NCBI RefSeq assembly: GCF_009914755.1 | Contig: NC_060929.1 | DNA from: the human T2T-CHM13v2.0 reference genome, Homo sapiens | Reading direction: 5' to 3' (one strand) | Length of the DNA stretch: 64,000 bases | Shown: positions 48,665 to 63,105 of the stretch, in pieces | How the letters are laid out: every line of letters begins with the position of its first letter | Numbering within the stretch: position 1 is the stretch's first letter | Notes under the pieces: model-generated | What the model was told of the DNA's origin: nothing | Databases searched by the model: none | The model's input: the letters and a program-made list of their open reading frames with translations, nothing else | Translations under genes and position numbers: made by a program

Positions 48665-50226
48665 TAAAACACCAAAAACAATGGCAACAAAAGCCAAAAT
48701 TGGCAAATGGGATCTAATTAAACTAAAGAGCTTCTGCACAGCAAAAGAAACTATCATGAGAGTGAACAGGCAACCTACAGAATGGGAGAATATTTTTGCA
48801 ATCTATCCATCTGATAAAGGGCTAATATCCAGAATCTACAAGGAACTTAAACACATTTACAAGAAAAAAAAAAACAACCCCATCAAAAAGTGGGCGAAGG
48901 ATATGAATGGACACTACTCAAAAGAGGACATTTATGCGGCCAACAAACTATGAAAAAAAGCTCATCATCACTCGTCATTAGAGAAATGCAAATCAAAACC
49001 ACAATGAGATACCATTTCACGCCAGTTAGAATGGCGATCATTAAAAAGTCAGGAAACAACAGATGCTGGAGAGGATGTGGAGAAATAGGAACACTTTTAC
49101 ACTGCTGGTAGGAGTGTAAATTAGTTCACACATCCTGCAAGACAGTGTGGCAATTCCTCAAGGATCTAGAACCAGAAATACCATTTGACCCAGCAATCCC
49201 ATTATTGGGTATATACCCAAAGGATTATAAATCATTCTACTATAAAGACACATGCACATGTATGTTTATTGCAGCACTATTCACAATAGCAAATACTTGA
49301 AACCAACCCAAATGCCCATCAATGATGGACTGGATAAATAAAATGTGGCACCTATACACCATGGATTACTATGCAGCCATAAAAAAGGATGAGTTCATGT
49401 CCTTTGCAGGGACGTGGATGAAGCTGGAAACAATCATTCTCAGCAAAGTAACAGAGGAACAGAAAACCAAACACCGCATGTTCTCACTCATAAGTGGGAG
49501 TTGAACAATGAGAACACATGGACACAGGGAGGGGAACATCACACACCGGGGTCTGTTGTCGGGTGGGGGTTAGGGGAGGGATACCATTAGGAGAAATACC
49601 TAATGTAGATGAAGGTTTGATGGGTGCAGCAAACCACCATGGCACATGTATACCTATGTAACAAACCTGTACGTTCTGCACATGTATCCCAGAACTTAAA
49701 GTATAATAATTAAAAAGAATTATATCATATATACATAACACTACACAGTCTTACTAGTTTTATAATTTCACCAGTTCAAGTAAAGTATAAGAATATTACC
49801 TCCCTTTACCCTCCCCTGTTTATAATATAAGGGTCTTAAATATTTTCTCTACATACATTTATAACCACAACAGATGGTGTTATAATTTTTGCTTCAAATA
49901 TCAAACATAATTTAGAAAACTCAGGAGGAAAAGGAAAATCTGTTGCATTTACCCATATTTCTGCTTACCATGATTTTTCTTCTTTCTCAATGTTCCAAAA
50001 TTCCATTTTTATTTTCTTTCTTTTTAGAAAACTTCCTTTAGACATTCTTTCAGGGTAGTTCTGCTGGAGACAAATTATCTTAGTTTTCCTTTTCCTAGGA
50101 ATTGTCTTAATTATCATTTTATTCCTGAAGAATATTTTCTCTAGATGTGGGATTCTGGGTTGACAGTTGTTATTCTTTCATCAGTTGAAAAACGTTGTGC
50201 CACTTCCTTCTGGCCTCCATAGTTTT

Positions 50227-50549
50227 GTGTTTTTTGTTTGTTTTTTTTGTTGTTGTTTTCTTTTGAAACAGGGTCTTGCTCTGTTGCCCAGCCTGGGGTG
50301 CAGTGGCATGATCATGGCTCATGGCAGTCTCAACCTCCTGGGGCTTAAGCAATCCTCCCAATGCAGCCTCCCAAGTAGCTGGGACTGGAGGTACATGTCA
50401 CCACACTCAGCTAATTTTTTTTGTATTTTTGTAGAGATGGGCTTTCACTATGTTGCCCAGGCTGGGCTTGAAATTCTGGGCTCAATGATCCACACAACCT
50501 GACCTCCCAAAGTGCTGGAATTACAGATGTGTACCACTGTGCCTGCCCA
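50227..50549 (-). mobile_element. AluJ
   Basis: TSD GCCTCCA(T/C)AGTTTT. Confidence 0.88.
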
Positions 50550-53029
50550 GCCTCCACAGTTTTTAATAACTCCTCTGTCATTCACATTATTTTTGCCATA
50601 TAGATAAAGTCTCATTTCTCTCTTGTTGCTTTCAATATTTTTTTATTTGTCCTTAATTTTCAGAAATTTTAGAAATTATCTTGGTGTGGATTTATCCTGC
50701 TTGGAGTTTGCTAACCTCCTTGAATGTGTAGATTGAGTCTTTTGTTACATTTGGGAAGTTTTCAACCATTATTTCTTTGAGTGCTTTTTCAGCCCTGCCC
50801 TCTTTCTCCCTTCCTTCCAGAACTCTAATAATAACATAGGTCCCACAGGTTCCTGAGACTCTGTTAATTTCAGTCTATTTTCTCTACTATTTTCAGATTG
50901 GGCAATATATTGTTCTATCTTCAAACTCACTAATTATTTCCTCTGTCCCCTCCAATCTGCTATTGAACCCATTCATTAAATTTTTTATTTGTTCCTGTAT
51001 CTTTCAGCTTTTACATTTTTATTTGGTCCTTCTTTATATCTTTTATTTCTTTGTTGAGACTTTCTCTTTTTTTCATTGATTTCAAGTGTGTTTCTAATTG
51101 CTTACTGAAGCATTGTCATGATGCCTACTTTAAAATCTTATCAAATAATTCCAACATCTCTGCCATTTCAGTGTTGGCATCTGTTGATTGTATTTTTCAT
51201 TGTTTGATATCTTCCTGGTTGGTTGTATGATGATGAGTTTTGAATGAAACCTGGCCAATTTGAATATTATGTTCTGAAACTCTGGATCTTATTTAAACTT
51301 TCTGGTTTAACCAGCTTTCTCTGACATCACTCTAGTAGGAGAAGGGACAAAGGTGTCATCTGTTACTCCCCAGTGGGTATAGAAGCCCAAGTTCAATACT
51401 TAGTGTCCGTTGAACTGAGAAGAGGGAGAGGCTCCTTCTTGGTGGTTGGCAAGGGTAGGAATTCAGTCTTCCTATTAGGCCTTCACTGAAACCTCCCTGG
51501 CAGGGAATGATAGGAGTGGCTCATTATGGCTCACCACATGGCTTCCACTGACATCATGGGGTGGAGAGAGGTGGTGGGAGAGTGGCCTTGTTACCAAGGG
51601 ACAAGTAGTGGTGGTAAAGGTCCTGACTCTCCACTAGGCCTCCTCCAATGCTACCTCAGTGGCAAAGAGAAAGGGTGCCTTCTTCCTGCTGGTGGGGTCA
51701 AAACCAAACTCCCTATTTGGCCATCTCTGACACCATTGTGGTGATGGTACTGGGGCACATTGTTGCAGCCTGGCAAGTGTGGTAGTCTAGGATCCCTACT
51801 TGGCCTTTGTTGGTGTGTGTAGGGATGGGGTCACAGGTCTTTCTGGGATGGTTGGGTGAAGTAGACTGGTTAATGTCTAAAAGTTTTCTGTCTTGCTAGG
51901 CTGCCTCTTTCCTGGTCCTTTGGCTAGAGAAAACAGGCTTTTCTCTCTCTCTTTTTTTTTTTTTCCTCTGTACCTGTTGGCATTTCCAGATTGCTGCCTC
52001 TTCAGCTCCAAGTCTGGAACATATGAGGCAAAGAGAAAACCCAGAGAACTCATCTCTGTGACAATCTTTGGGTCCTAAATTCCCTAATGAGTCTGACTTC
52101 TTCTCCTCACCTTATGTCTCTTTATAATGTCCAGAGATTTTAGCTGTCTTTAACAGGAAGAATGGGGTGGGGGTGAGGAGAAATGTCTACTCCATCATCC
52201 TAGAAGTGAAAGTTCATTTGTTTATTGTAAAAATAGCAATCTGTACTCTCTAGAATATCTCCAGTTATGAGGTACTTACACAGATGACATCAACTGAGAT
52301 TTGTGATATGTCAGACATGTTACTAATTGAGAAAATAACTACATGATAAGGTTCTCATGCCTGTTCCCCCACCGTTCTTTGTCTAATCTTCTCCAGAGAG
52401 TACCCTCATAATCTACAGCAAATAGCATGGCAATTAATTTCCCCCAGGATTCAGACACAATATGGATTGGAGAGTACTGCCTTGTTCATCCAGAGCTTAG
52501 TTATAAATATATTGTTTTTAAAACAATAGACTCCAGACAATAGGATCTCTTATTTATTGCATCCTTGGTGGAAGGTAAAGGAATAAATAGTTCCTCTACT
52601 TGGCATTTTATTGATCTCTTGCCTATTTTATTCTTTAAAAAAAAAAAACATAGACACTATAATGTCACCCCATCTGTTCTTTATGTCTAAGTTGGAGTGG
52701 AAAGCAGGCCCCTGCTAGTTTACATATGAAGGCAGTTAGGAAGAGAGGATACATTGGTTTCAGGAGGCTTCAGTGATGAGTCATATGCATGATGTACTCT
52801 GAGGATCAGACTCCACAGGGAGTGAATGATTAAAACTCAACATGACTACTGTGGTCAGAGAAGACAAGGTAGCCTCCAGAGAGCACTGCACTTACATGCT
52901 TAATAACAGTAGGTCTTGATGTGAAGTAATCCAATTGCTTCCACAATAAATGTGGAAAAGGATGACAGCTACATCCCTGATATATGTATATGGGAAAGTA
53001 CGTGGACCAGAAGTCTTACCAGTTCCTTA

Positions 53030-53446
<417 letters not shown>

Positions 53447-54069
53447 TTAAGCCCAGTGGTGAGAGGAGAGGTCCTGCCGTGGGCACGAATGACCATGAGT
53501 ATGAGAAGGAGGCAGTAAAATCACTATAGTACAGTGTCACCTCATAGTGCATGGCATCACGTGAGCAGGGACTCTGTGCTGTCATCATTATATCCCAGGG
53601 CCCAGGTCGGCACCTGGCCTATAATAGTCCCTCAATAAATGTATGTTGAATGAAAGAATAAACAACCTTAAGGGGTTGTTAGGACAAATGGCTGTTTCGT
53701 AGAAGATATTTACTGGCTTCTGGTTATATTCAAGGCAAGACCAAGAATCAAAGACCCAGAGGTCCCAGAACAGAAGCCTGATATTCACTGGGGAGTTTAT
53801 AGTCTGGCAGGGAGAGAGGCTGGGCTCATCTGCCACAGTGAAACTCAGCAGCCTGAGAGCTCCACTCTCTGAGTGGGATAGAAAGGAAGGGCTGTGGGAA
53901 TTCCAAAGTTGTGTTTTAGGACTCAGCGATCAGGAAGCCCAGCCTGTGGGCTCTTTGAGGACATAGGCAGGGTCTTTTACATGTCTAAACCCCTTGGTGT
54001 CCAGTGCTGGGTCTGATTCACAGTAAACACTCAACAAAGGTTTACTGAATAGTGAATGAATAAAATGAC

Positions 54070-54280
54070 CTGGCTCTTCCACCTATGAGCTGTGCAACCT
54101 GAGACAAGGCATCTAACCTCTCTGTGCCTCAGTTTTCTCTTCTACAAAATTGCAACAATAATAGAACCTACCACTTAGGGGTTACTATGAGGATTAAATG
54201 AGTTAATATATGTAAATTACTCATTTAGTTGAGAGTAAGCACTATGTAAATATTTGCTGTTATGATTATTATTGTTGTTA
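54070..54280 (+). mobile_element. MIR (a second, minus-strand MIR lies at ~54430-54560)
   Basis: AACCTCTCTGTGCCTCAGTTTTCTC...GAGGATTAAATGAG. Confidence 0.8.
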
Positions 54281-55444
54281 TGTCTAAATGAATGGATAGT
54301 TTTTAACAGGATCCTAGAGATGATTTTAATAGATGGACTATGGTGCAGGGTGGTAGAACTAGTAAAATCAAACATGAAAAAACAGGAATAAAAATTATTG
54401 CTATGTTTTGAACAACAACTGAACATTGGTGCTTAACAGCCCAATGAGGAAAATATAATTATCCATACTATACAGATGAGGAAACTGAGGCTCAGAGAGG
54501 TTAGGCAACTTATTCATGGTTACACAGCTGGTAAGGAACATAGCTGGAATCTGCACTGTTTGGCTGGAGTGGAAGCATAAGTAGAGGGATAGTAAAAGGC
54601 AAGGTCAAAGGATAGACGGCAGCTGGATTATGGCAGGAGAGTTTGGAGTTTATTCTGTAGTGGTGTAACAATGACAACATGAAACCCAGGCTCTTGAAAG
54701 ATTACCCTATTTACGATGTGACAGGACAGACTGGACTTGATGTCATAATTCTTCCACCTAGAAGCTCACTTCTCTCTTCTCTGTCTTGTGCTTGCCCTTT
54801 CTTCTCCCTGAAACCTACTCCAAACAGGCTTTCATTGTCACCACTCCACTGAAACTCATCTTGTAACGTCATCTACGACCTCCCCATTGCTATTAATACA
54901 TCCAATGGCAAATTTTCAGTCCTCATCTTATTTGGCTCCCTTATTCACTCAATAAAAATTTTGATTGAGCATCTACTATATTCTAGGTCCTAGTTTAGGG
55001 GCTGGAGACTATGCATAGAATAAAATAGAAAAATGTCCCTGTGCTCATGGAAGTTGCAGCCCAGTAATGAGTAGAACTAGACACAGCTGTTCACTCACTT
55101 GTCTTAGAAACTTTCTCCACTTGCTTTCTGGGACATTGCACTCCTGGTTTTCTTTCTATCTCCTTGGCCACTTCTTCTCAGTCTGCTATGCTGGTTTCTC
55201 CTTATGTCTCTTCCATCTAAAAGTTGGGATGCTCTGGGTCCTAGTCCTTGAATCTCTTCTCTGTCTCACTTGTATGGAAGAGCTCTTCCTCTTCATGGGT
55301 TTTGTCACCTTGTATAAGATGGCAACTCTGAAACTTACATCTCCAGCCTGGACCTCTCTCTTGAACCCTAGACTCCTACATCCCATCACCTGAGCACTTC
55401 CACTTGAATGGCAAATGGGCTGTTAGCTGACTTAATGGGCTCCA

Positions 55445-55545
55445 GTCACCGAGATTGTGCCACTGCACTCCAGCCTGGGTGACAGAGTAAGACTCCGTCT
55501 CAAAAATAATAATAATTAATAATAATAATAATAATAATAAATTAA
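55445..55545 (+). mobile_element. Severely 5'-truncated Alu with (AAT)n tail
   Basis: ~57 bp of Alu 3' end; TSD TTAATGGGCTC at 55432 and 55546. Confidence 0.87.
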
Positions 55546-56520
55546 TTAATGGGCTCAAATCTGAATTTCTGATCTTACTCTCTGCAAAACTGTTCCACCC
55601 AAACTTTCTGAAATCACATCACAGCAGCTCCATCCCTTCAGTTAATCAGTCTGAAAGCCTTGGAGTTATCCTTGGCTCTTCTCTTTCTCTCACATCCCAA
55701 TCCAATTTATCAGCATATCTTAGCTCCACTTTCCCAATATAGCCTAAATCTGACAGCTTGTCACTGCCTTTACAGCCACCACTCCCTTACAGGCCACCAT
55801 CAACTCTCAGTTGCATCCGGAGCTCCCTTCTTCCCCTCCTCACTCCCCAGGACTATTCTCAAAGCAGAAGCAGAGCTATCCTGTGAAATAGCTGTTGGAT
55901 CACAGCACCCATGTCTTGACTCCCTCCTTCAGGACTTCTCATCTCACTCCAAGGAAAAGCTCAAGTCCTCGCAGGCCCCATGCAACGAGGCCCCTGTCAT
56001 CTCTCCAACTGGGGTCCTACTTCTCTCCCTCTGCTGCAGCTCCACTGGCCTCCTTGCTATTCCCAGGATACTCCAGGCATGCTCCTGCCTAAGGACGTCC
56101 CTTCCCAGGTACCCAGTGGGCTCACTCCCTCCTCTTCCAGACCCTGCTTCTCAATGAAGCCTTTTCTGACCAGCCTCCCTAAAATTTCAGCTCCTCCCAC
56201 CCTAGTATTACCTGTTGCCTTTCCCTGCTTTTTCTCCCATAGCACTTACTGTCTTTCAGCATACTCTATATTTTGCTTATTTCTTTTGTTTTTTTTCTGT
56301 ATCTTCCCACTGACATATAAGCTCCACGAGGGCTGGACTTTTTTTCGTATACATACACTGCATACAATTTGTAAATTACTTTTTTTTCACTTAAAAGTAT
56401 ATCGTGAACACTTTCTCATGCCCCTACATACTCATAGCTTAGCTCCTGTCATTAAGTATTTCTCTATTGACATGTATTTTAGGTTTTTTTTTAACCTTTT
56501 AAAGTGTGCTTTATTGGAAC

Positions 56521-56825
56521 TTTTATTATTTATTTTATTTTTTATTTTAAGTTCTGGGATACATGTGCAGAATGTGTAGGTTTGTTACATTGGTATACAT
56601 GTGCCATGGTGGTTTGCTGCACTTATCAACTCGTCATCTAGGTTTTAAGCCCCATATGCATTCGGTATTTGTAGTTCTCCTTCCCCTTGTTCCCCACTCC
56701 CCGACAGGCCCCAGTGTGTGTTGTTCCCCTCCCTGTGTCCATCATTCTCGGCAAACAACACAGGAACAGAAAACCAAACACCACATTTTCTCACTCATAA
56801 GTCAGAGTTAAACAATGAGAACACA
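56521..56825 (-). mobile_element. Short L1PA8-like element with 5' inversion
   Basis: Minus-strand 3' UTR (ATCTAGGTTTTAAGCCCC, PA8-type) to 56742, then a plus-strand adjacent L1 segment at 56739-56825. Confidence 0.85.
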
Positions 56826-58558
56826 GGGCTGCACTTTTATCTATTGGGTTCATTACTACGTCCTCAATACGTAGACTCATATGTGGCAGTAGTCGGTGCT
56901 CTATAAATATTCACAAGTGGGATGCTGAGATTCAGAAAAGGGGGGTCTGTGGACAGCCATCAGGTTTTTCCCAAACTCAAGTGAACAAAGAAACTGTGTG
57001 AGGCCCATGGGGTGAGCTTGGTGAGACACAGGATTTCCCAAGCAGATGAGAAAGCCTTTGCTCCTTCCCTGAGAAGGGCCCTTGCCCTGTCCTCAGAGCT
57101 TGCCTTGCTTCCAAAGCAAACCCAGAGCTTTGAGTCAAGTCAGAAGGTTCCAGGCAGGGCAGAATCCCCAGAAGAGGAAGAGGAGGATCTCCTACTCTCG
57201 GGCCATCTGTGGAAGCCCCATGGTGGGCAGGGAAGGGCAATGGGTGCAGAGGAAACTTGGGGGGAATGCTTTCTCTCTCTACCACGTTACCTCTGCCCAT
57301 GTTCAGGAGGTCCCATAACAAGTGGGACAAGCAAGCTTTTATCCACATCTTATGTGCTACCAGCTGGGGGTTGAGCTTGCATGCAAGACAAATGTCTTCA
57401 CCCCACCCAGAGTGATCTTTCCCACAAACTCCGAAGGGTCAGCAACTGAGACAGGGACAATCTCCAGGCCCACACTCTATGAGCCAAGAACAAAAAAAGA
57501 GTCAGAACTGACTTCTTAGAAAGAAAAGAAAGACTCTGCACTGGTTTTGATTAACACTGAAATACAGATCCCATTCACACCCACCACAGTTATGTTAAGC
57601 AAACACAAAAGTAACAATAGGCATGGTGCAATGACAGAGGAGCCTACAGTTATCACAGTGACAGGGTGTGCCTTGCCCACAGGCCATTCTTTAAGGCTTT
57701 TCACTCTGATGATGCATGAAATTACCCACCCTGATGGAGCTGTGCCTACATTCATGCCAACTAGCAAGATGGCATCTCCTCATTAGCCCCTTGGTCACAA
57801 ATCCACCCGGAGAGATGTGATTAATGAGAATCTCATAAAACCTGGGAGAATGGGCCATCTTAGATGCCTTGGAAGGGAGACATTGTCATTCACAGCCACA
57901 TAAATCACCATGTGTCAATCCCTGCTTTCTCACTGTCACACTTTGGTGAGCTGCCCTACCGCCTCCAAGATGTGACATGGTTTCTAGGACAGCAGAACCT
58001 CCTGCTCTCTGGGACACCGTGTACCTAGCTTCAAAGCAAGGTCAGAGTTGAGCTCTAATTATCCCAGTACACTCCTGGCTCTGAGACCTGCTAACAGGGT
58101 GAAGGAAAGGAGCAGGATGTTAACATCAGGAGAAATACCAAATGTGGAGTGCTGGCCTGATTCATTTCACAGCTGTAGTCTTTTTTGATTTGTTTGTAAT
58201 TTTCTACACTACTGCTTCCAATTTGATACTGTCTGGGCCTGGGATGAAAATAAGAATGGGATAACAGATGATGAGTTCAAAATACTGAACACAATCATAC
58301 TCACCCTGCATGTATGTACAGCCAATATGTCATTTGGAAGAAGGGACCATTGGCCGCTGGGCAAAGTTGAGAATGTAAAATGTCACAGAATTTAAGATGC
58401 ATTTCTTATGTACTTAGGAGCTGTCAGCAGAGCTGCCTCGCTGCTCTGGAGAGGAAACTAGGCTTCATGTTTCATAATCAGTTACCTTACACAAATGGAT
58501 TAAAAGTCCAAAAGGAGTATTGGAAGAATTTCCATGTGACTGCTCTTGCTTTCCTTGG

Positions 58559-58693
58559 CAGGGGTACCATGTACTGTTGTGCAGGTTGTGTACTGCACTA
58601 TTGAATGGGGCACAATTCCCATAGACTACATCTTCAAATAGCACCTCCTAGAGTCATGAAGTCATTACCCTACAACCATATGCAGCAGCCCTG
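58559..58693. mobile_element. MER91A-like hAT-Tip100 MITE
   Basis: CAGGG..TGTGCAGGTTGTGTACTGCAC ... GCAGCCCTG palindromic ends. Confidence 0.7.
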
Positions 58694-59353
58694 CTGCTGA
58701 TTGAGTAACTTGGAGTATTCCTAAGGGCTCATGGGAATGTCACAAATAGATCACAAAGACCCAACCATATAGTGCCCACACTGATAGCCTAAAAAACAAA
58801 ACAAAACAAAACAAAACACACACACAAAAACAAAAAAAAACACGTACTGATTCATGAATTACTAATACAGTTGGCTTACTGTTCTCAGGCTCAATAGGAC
58901 AAGGGGCCATTCCATTTATTCTAGATATTCTGGAATAATACATTTTTTGTATACTTGAATATTTTTAAAACTCCCTAAACTTAACAACTGTTTTAAAAAT
59001 GATCTTTCTTTGCTGAGAGGCACTTCTGCAAACTTTTGGGAAGACAATGTTATAATAAGTATAAATATGTTAGATTTCAAATACCCTGGGACCAACACTT
59101 CTACTCCAAAGAATTAATCCTATAAATAAAAGTGTATGAATATATTTGCATGTTTGTGTATATATGTGTATGTGTATATACACATACATAGGCAAAAATG
59201 TTCACTATAGTATGGCTTTTAGTAGCAAAAAATAAAGGAAATTGTTTGAATTTGTACTAATAAGGGATTTGCTAATTACAATATATGCATACAATGAAAT
59301 ACAATGCAGTCTTTAAAAGAATCCACATAGCTACTTGTACTTGTAGAAGACTA

Positions 59354-59528
59354 TTCTTCTTTTTCTCCTCCTCTTCCTCCTCCTCCTTCTTCTTTCCTCT
59401 TTCTTCTTTCTTCTTCTTCTTACCTTTCTTTCTTCTTCTTCTCCTTCTTCCCCCCTCCTCTTCTTCTTCCTCCTCCTCCTCCTTCTTTCTTCTTCTTCTT
59501 TCCTCTTTCTTCTTTCTTCTTCTTTTCT
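59354..59528. repeat. (CTT/CCT)n polypyrimidine low-complexity tract
   Basis: 175 bp of C/T with a single A at 59422. Confidence 0.95.
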
Positions 59529-59539
59529 GGATTCCTAAC

Positions 59540-60080
59540 AGCTCTTGAACTCTCTTCTAATGTTTGAGAAATTAACTGTCTCTCAATACCTTCTTCCCAA
59601 GGTAGAAGGCAGACATCACACTTCCAGGCTTCCTTTGCCACTAGGTCCCAGCTGTGTAACCTGATTTCACCAGTGAAATACACCACATAAGACTTCAAAA
59701 GGGAAGTGAGGAAATGGGATCAGAGAGGGGCAGGGTTTTTCTGGCAAGAATAGTGCTTGAAACAACCTCTTTTGGCACTTACAAGGCTAGCTTCTGAGAT
59801 AGAAGTGCTACCAGCGTTAGTGGCAGGGGCAGTTTCAGCAAAGATGAGTCCCCAACAGAGCCAAGCACTGCATCTGAATGGCTTACTGGTGGCAGCACTG
59901 GGGTTTTCTCATCAGTGCAGTTCTGCAGTGTGGGTTTGGCCACTGTTCCTCAAAGCAGAGCTCCAAACCTACTTCTTTGTCCCTCCAACACTTCTGTGAG
60001 CTGTCTGATCTTCTTTTGGTAAGCTTCTTTCTTTTTAATGAGCTGAGTCAACTGCCTGCAAAGACATCCATGATACATGA
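59540..60080 (+). mobile_element. Old ERVL LTR (LTR33/41-like)
   Basis: CACTTCCAGGCTTCCTTTGCCACTAGG...ACACCACATAAGACTT; highly diverged. Confidence 0.4.
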
Positions 60081-62261
60081 TCCTTAACTTTTGTTAATCC
60101 ACACTTCTGTACACCGCCCATGGAGACCCTCCAAGCCAACATTCAGATGCCAGATTTAGACCTTCAGAACTCAGCAGAAGAATGCATATGCAAATTTTGC
60201 AGGGTGGAACTGCCAGCCTGTCCCCAACCTAGGTTAAGGAGCATGACCATCTCTGTCTGCACAGCAGGACAGAGTTGTACAATTATGCTCAAATATTTTA
60301 TTGCATTATGCTCTTGTTAGCTTAGAAAAATAATAAGAAATTTAAATGTTGACATGTACAACAAGAAGACAAGGTCTAGTATATGCTTAATAAAATTGAA
60401 ACAAAGAAATCACAGGGGTATTACAAGGAGGAAGTCTTTGGCCTTGATTTGCTACTCGTCGAACTTGAGCTGGTGGACTTGGTGTTCAACCATAAAGCAC
60501 AAGAACAAATTGCAAGAATGTGAATGAGATGCCAAGATAATTTAGATCTCTGAGACTGCAGTAACCTTAGAAAATGTATGTCTATTATTCACTTTTGCAT
60601 ATTTAACTTCCAAACATCTTTTCAGAAGTGTATTATGTGTGAAAGTCGGAGACTGCCTATATATTCTAAAGTAAAATAAGTAGGATGCAGAAGAGTGTGC
60701 ATAGGTTTGAACTCAGCTTTAAAGCATACGTATATGTATATGTATGTATTTTATATAGGCATTGAACAAATCTGGATGTATACCCTGCAAACTCTGAAAA
60801 GTTGTTAACTCTGTGGGTTGAGATGGTAAAGAAATTTCCTGTGCTATTTCACACAGCCTTGAATTATTTGAAATTTTGCAATAAGCAAGTTTTTCACGCT
60901 GTTATAATCATCAAAAACCCTATAAGGCATATCCATTGGGAAGAAAAGGCACAGTGGCTCTTCAGAGCTTCCTGAGGCCTGAGGCTATTGTGTAGGGATG
61001 GGCCTCAGACCCTAGGTCTCAGGAGGCCTTTGTCCTCCTCCAAACTTCCTTCAGGCTGATGTGTGGTTGGGTGCCTGCCACGCCACCACTCTAGGCCTTA
61101 TGTCTAATCCCTAATATTAGCGGGTTGGCACACACTATCACGGTGGTCCTCTGGAGTTCTTCACAACAAACACAGGACTCAATCCACCAAGCAGGTCATC
61201 CACCCCAGACAGATGCTCCTTGCATAAGCAGACAATAAACACAAGAACTATGTCCTGTATTAACAGATGGTGCCCCGATGATGTAGTGTGTTGTGAGCAA
61301 GACTGATTGACTATCCTGCCTAATAAAGTGAGATCCTGCCCTGAAGGGGGCATAGGCCACAGAGCTCACAATGATCAGAGAGAAAATCGAATGAAGCCAG
61401 TATTACCCCATACGTACAAGGAGGAAGGTGAGAGCCTCGCAGCAATTCGGGAGAGGATGAAACAGCATGCAAAGAAGACATAAGGATGGGATGAAACTGT
61501 TCTTATGTTAGTGCTTTGAGGGAGGCCATTTACACTTTCTAACACTTCTAATACTTATTCTATTCTTCTAGTAAATAAAATTAAAAGATTTTCTAAATTC
61601 AAGTGGTTATCAAAGTAAAATGGTGGTGGGAAAAGGGTAAAGGTATTTTACTTGGTAAAATGTGTCCTTCCCAGGGCCACAGGGATGCACTGTGCTAGGA
61701 GAAAAGAAGGTTCACTGGACACACAGAGGAGATGCGTAATCTGTGCTTTCAGCTGGAACAGCCCTTCTGGTCGCTAGAGTCCGAGCTTGCAGCTGTGCTA
61801 AAAAAGACCATTCCATTGCTCATCCTTTTCTTTGTTCCAACTTCTGAGTAAAAAACTAAAGTCTTTTTTGTGTGTGTTTTTTTTTTCTTTTTAACCCTGC
61901 GGCAGGGGCAGGAACTGAACCGTGAAACCCACAGTGGAATTAACTTGCTGAGATTCCTCTGCCTGGTCCTTGTTAATGTCATGGTGGCCTTTAGCCCCTG
62001 CTCTCTGCAAGTCTCTCCCTCTGCTGTTGGTTCAGCATCTTCATTCACAGTGGCCGGGCCCCAGAGTGACAACAGTAGTGTAATTGTTGGGATGAGGATA
62101 CAGGGAAACCACCGTGATGGTCCTGCCTGCTGACCTGGGAGGACAGCTTTGGTGGAGAAGACATGGAAGGAAAGACCAACTGGAAGTTTCCTACTCATTG
62201 TTCACTTACATCAGACCAAGTGACAGCCCGATTATTTGAACAAAGGCATTGCTGGGAACCT

Positions 62262-62733
62262 GTTCTGCTGGTTACTTTCCATTCGCCTCTCCCCCAGACC
62301 CATACCCTGCCCTCTACCTGGCTCTGTGCTTTAAGAGGCTGACCTCTATGGATTGTGGTCAACATCCACAAGCTCCCTTTTCCTCTGGCTCTAGCTGGGT
62401 TCTGCCAACTGCTTACACCAGTAGATCAGAGGCTGGAAGAACAGATTGGGTATTACTTCATTGGCCCCTCCCTGATTTGGCCCATCTCTCAGTGACTATA
62501 GCTCCCGACAGGCAGCTCCCCTCCACAGCCTCAGTTCTCATAGGGCTCTGTGAATGTTATTTCCTCCCCTGTCCCTTTGGTCCTAATGGTGGTAATAACT
62601 TCCCACCGGAGACCTCATGACCCTTTGGTTTTTTTCTTCACCTCTCCACTATAGAGTATTGTAGCTCTCTTATTGAAATCTCTTCATTTGACCCATCTGC
62701 ATCAATTCTGTGTCCTTTCGAAATCCCGATACA
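62262..62733 (+). mobile_element. LTR40-like ERVL LTR
   Basis: CTCTGTGC..GAGGCTGACCTCTATGGA..GCTCCCTTTTCCTCTGGC. Confidence 0.65.
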
Positions 62734-63105
62734 TCTGCCATTCTTTTGCTTCAGGGGTCTGCTTTTTCCTCCCCAGTGGGTGATGCAGAGGGTCTCTGAA
62801 ACTGGGGTATACCTATATGAAACTATACTATGAAACTGAAACCTTATCTGTAGCTCTGAAGTAAGAGAAGCCCCAAGAGGTGTGCATGGTTCTAGGATGG
62901 TGAGTGAAGCAAGTGCCTCGAGTGTGTGGGCAAGTGTTGATGCAGGATGGCAAGCACCTCTTGGAAAGGACACCCAAGGTCAGGCATTTCTAATCAAGGG
63001 TAAGGGCCTCTGAGGAAAGCTGGCTGGTTTCTCTGGTACTACCTTTTTTCATTCATTCGACAAATGTTCTTTGAGAACTGACTAGGTGCCTGGCACTTCA
63101 CTAAG

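Larger units (their letters stand above)
54800..56915 (+). mobile_element. L2 3' region, interrupted by a truncated Alu and an L1PA8 insertion
   Basis: CACTCCACTGAAAC, CAGCTCCACTGGCCTCCTTGCTATTCC, TAAGCTCCACGAGGGC; the L2 tail (GGTGCTCTATAAATATT) resumes after 56838. Confidence 0.75.
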
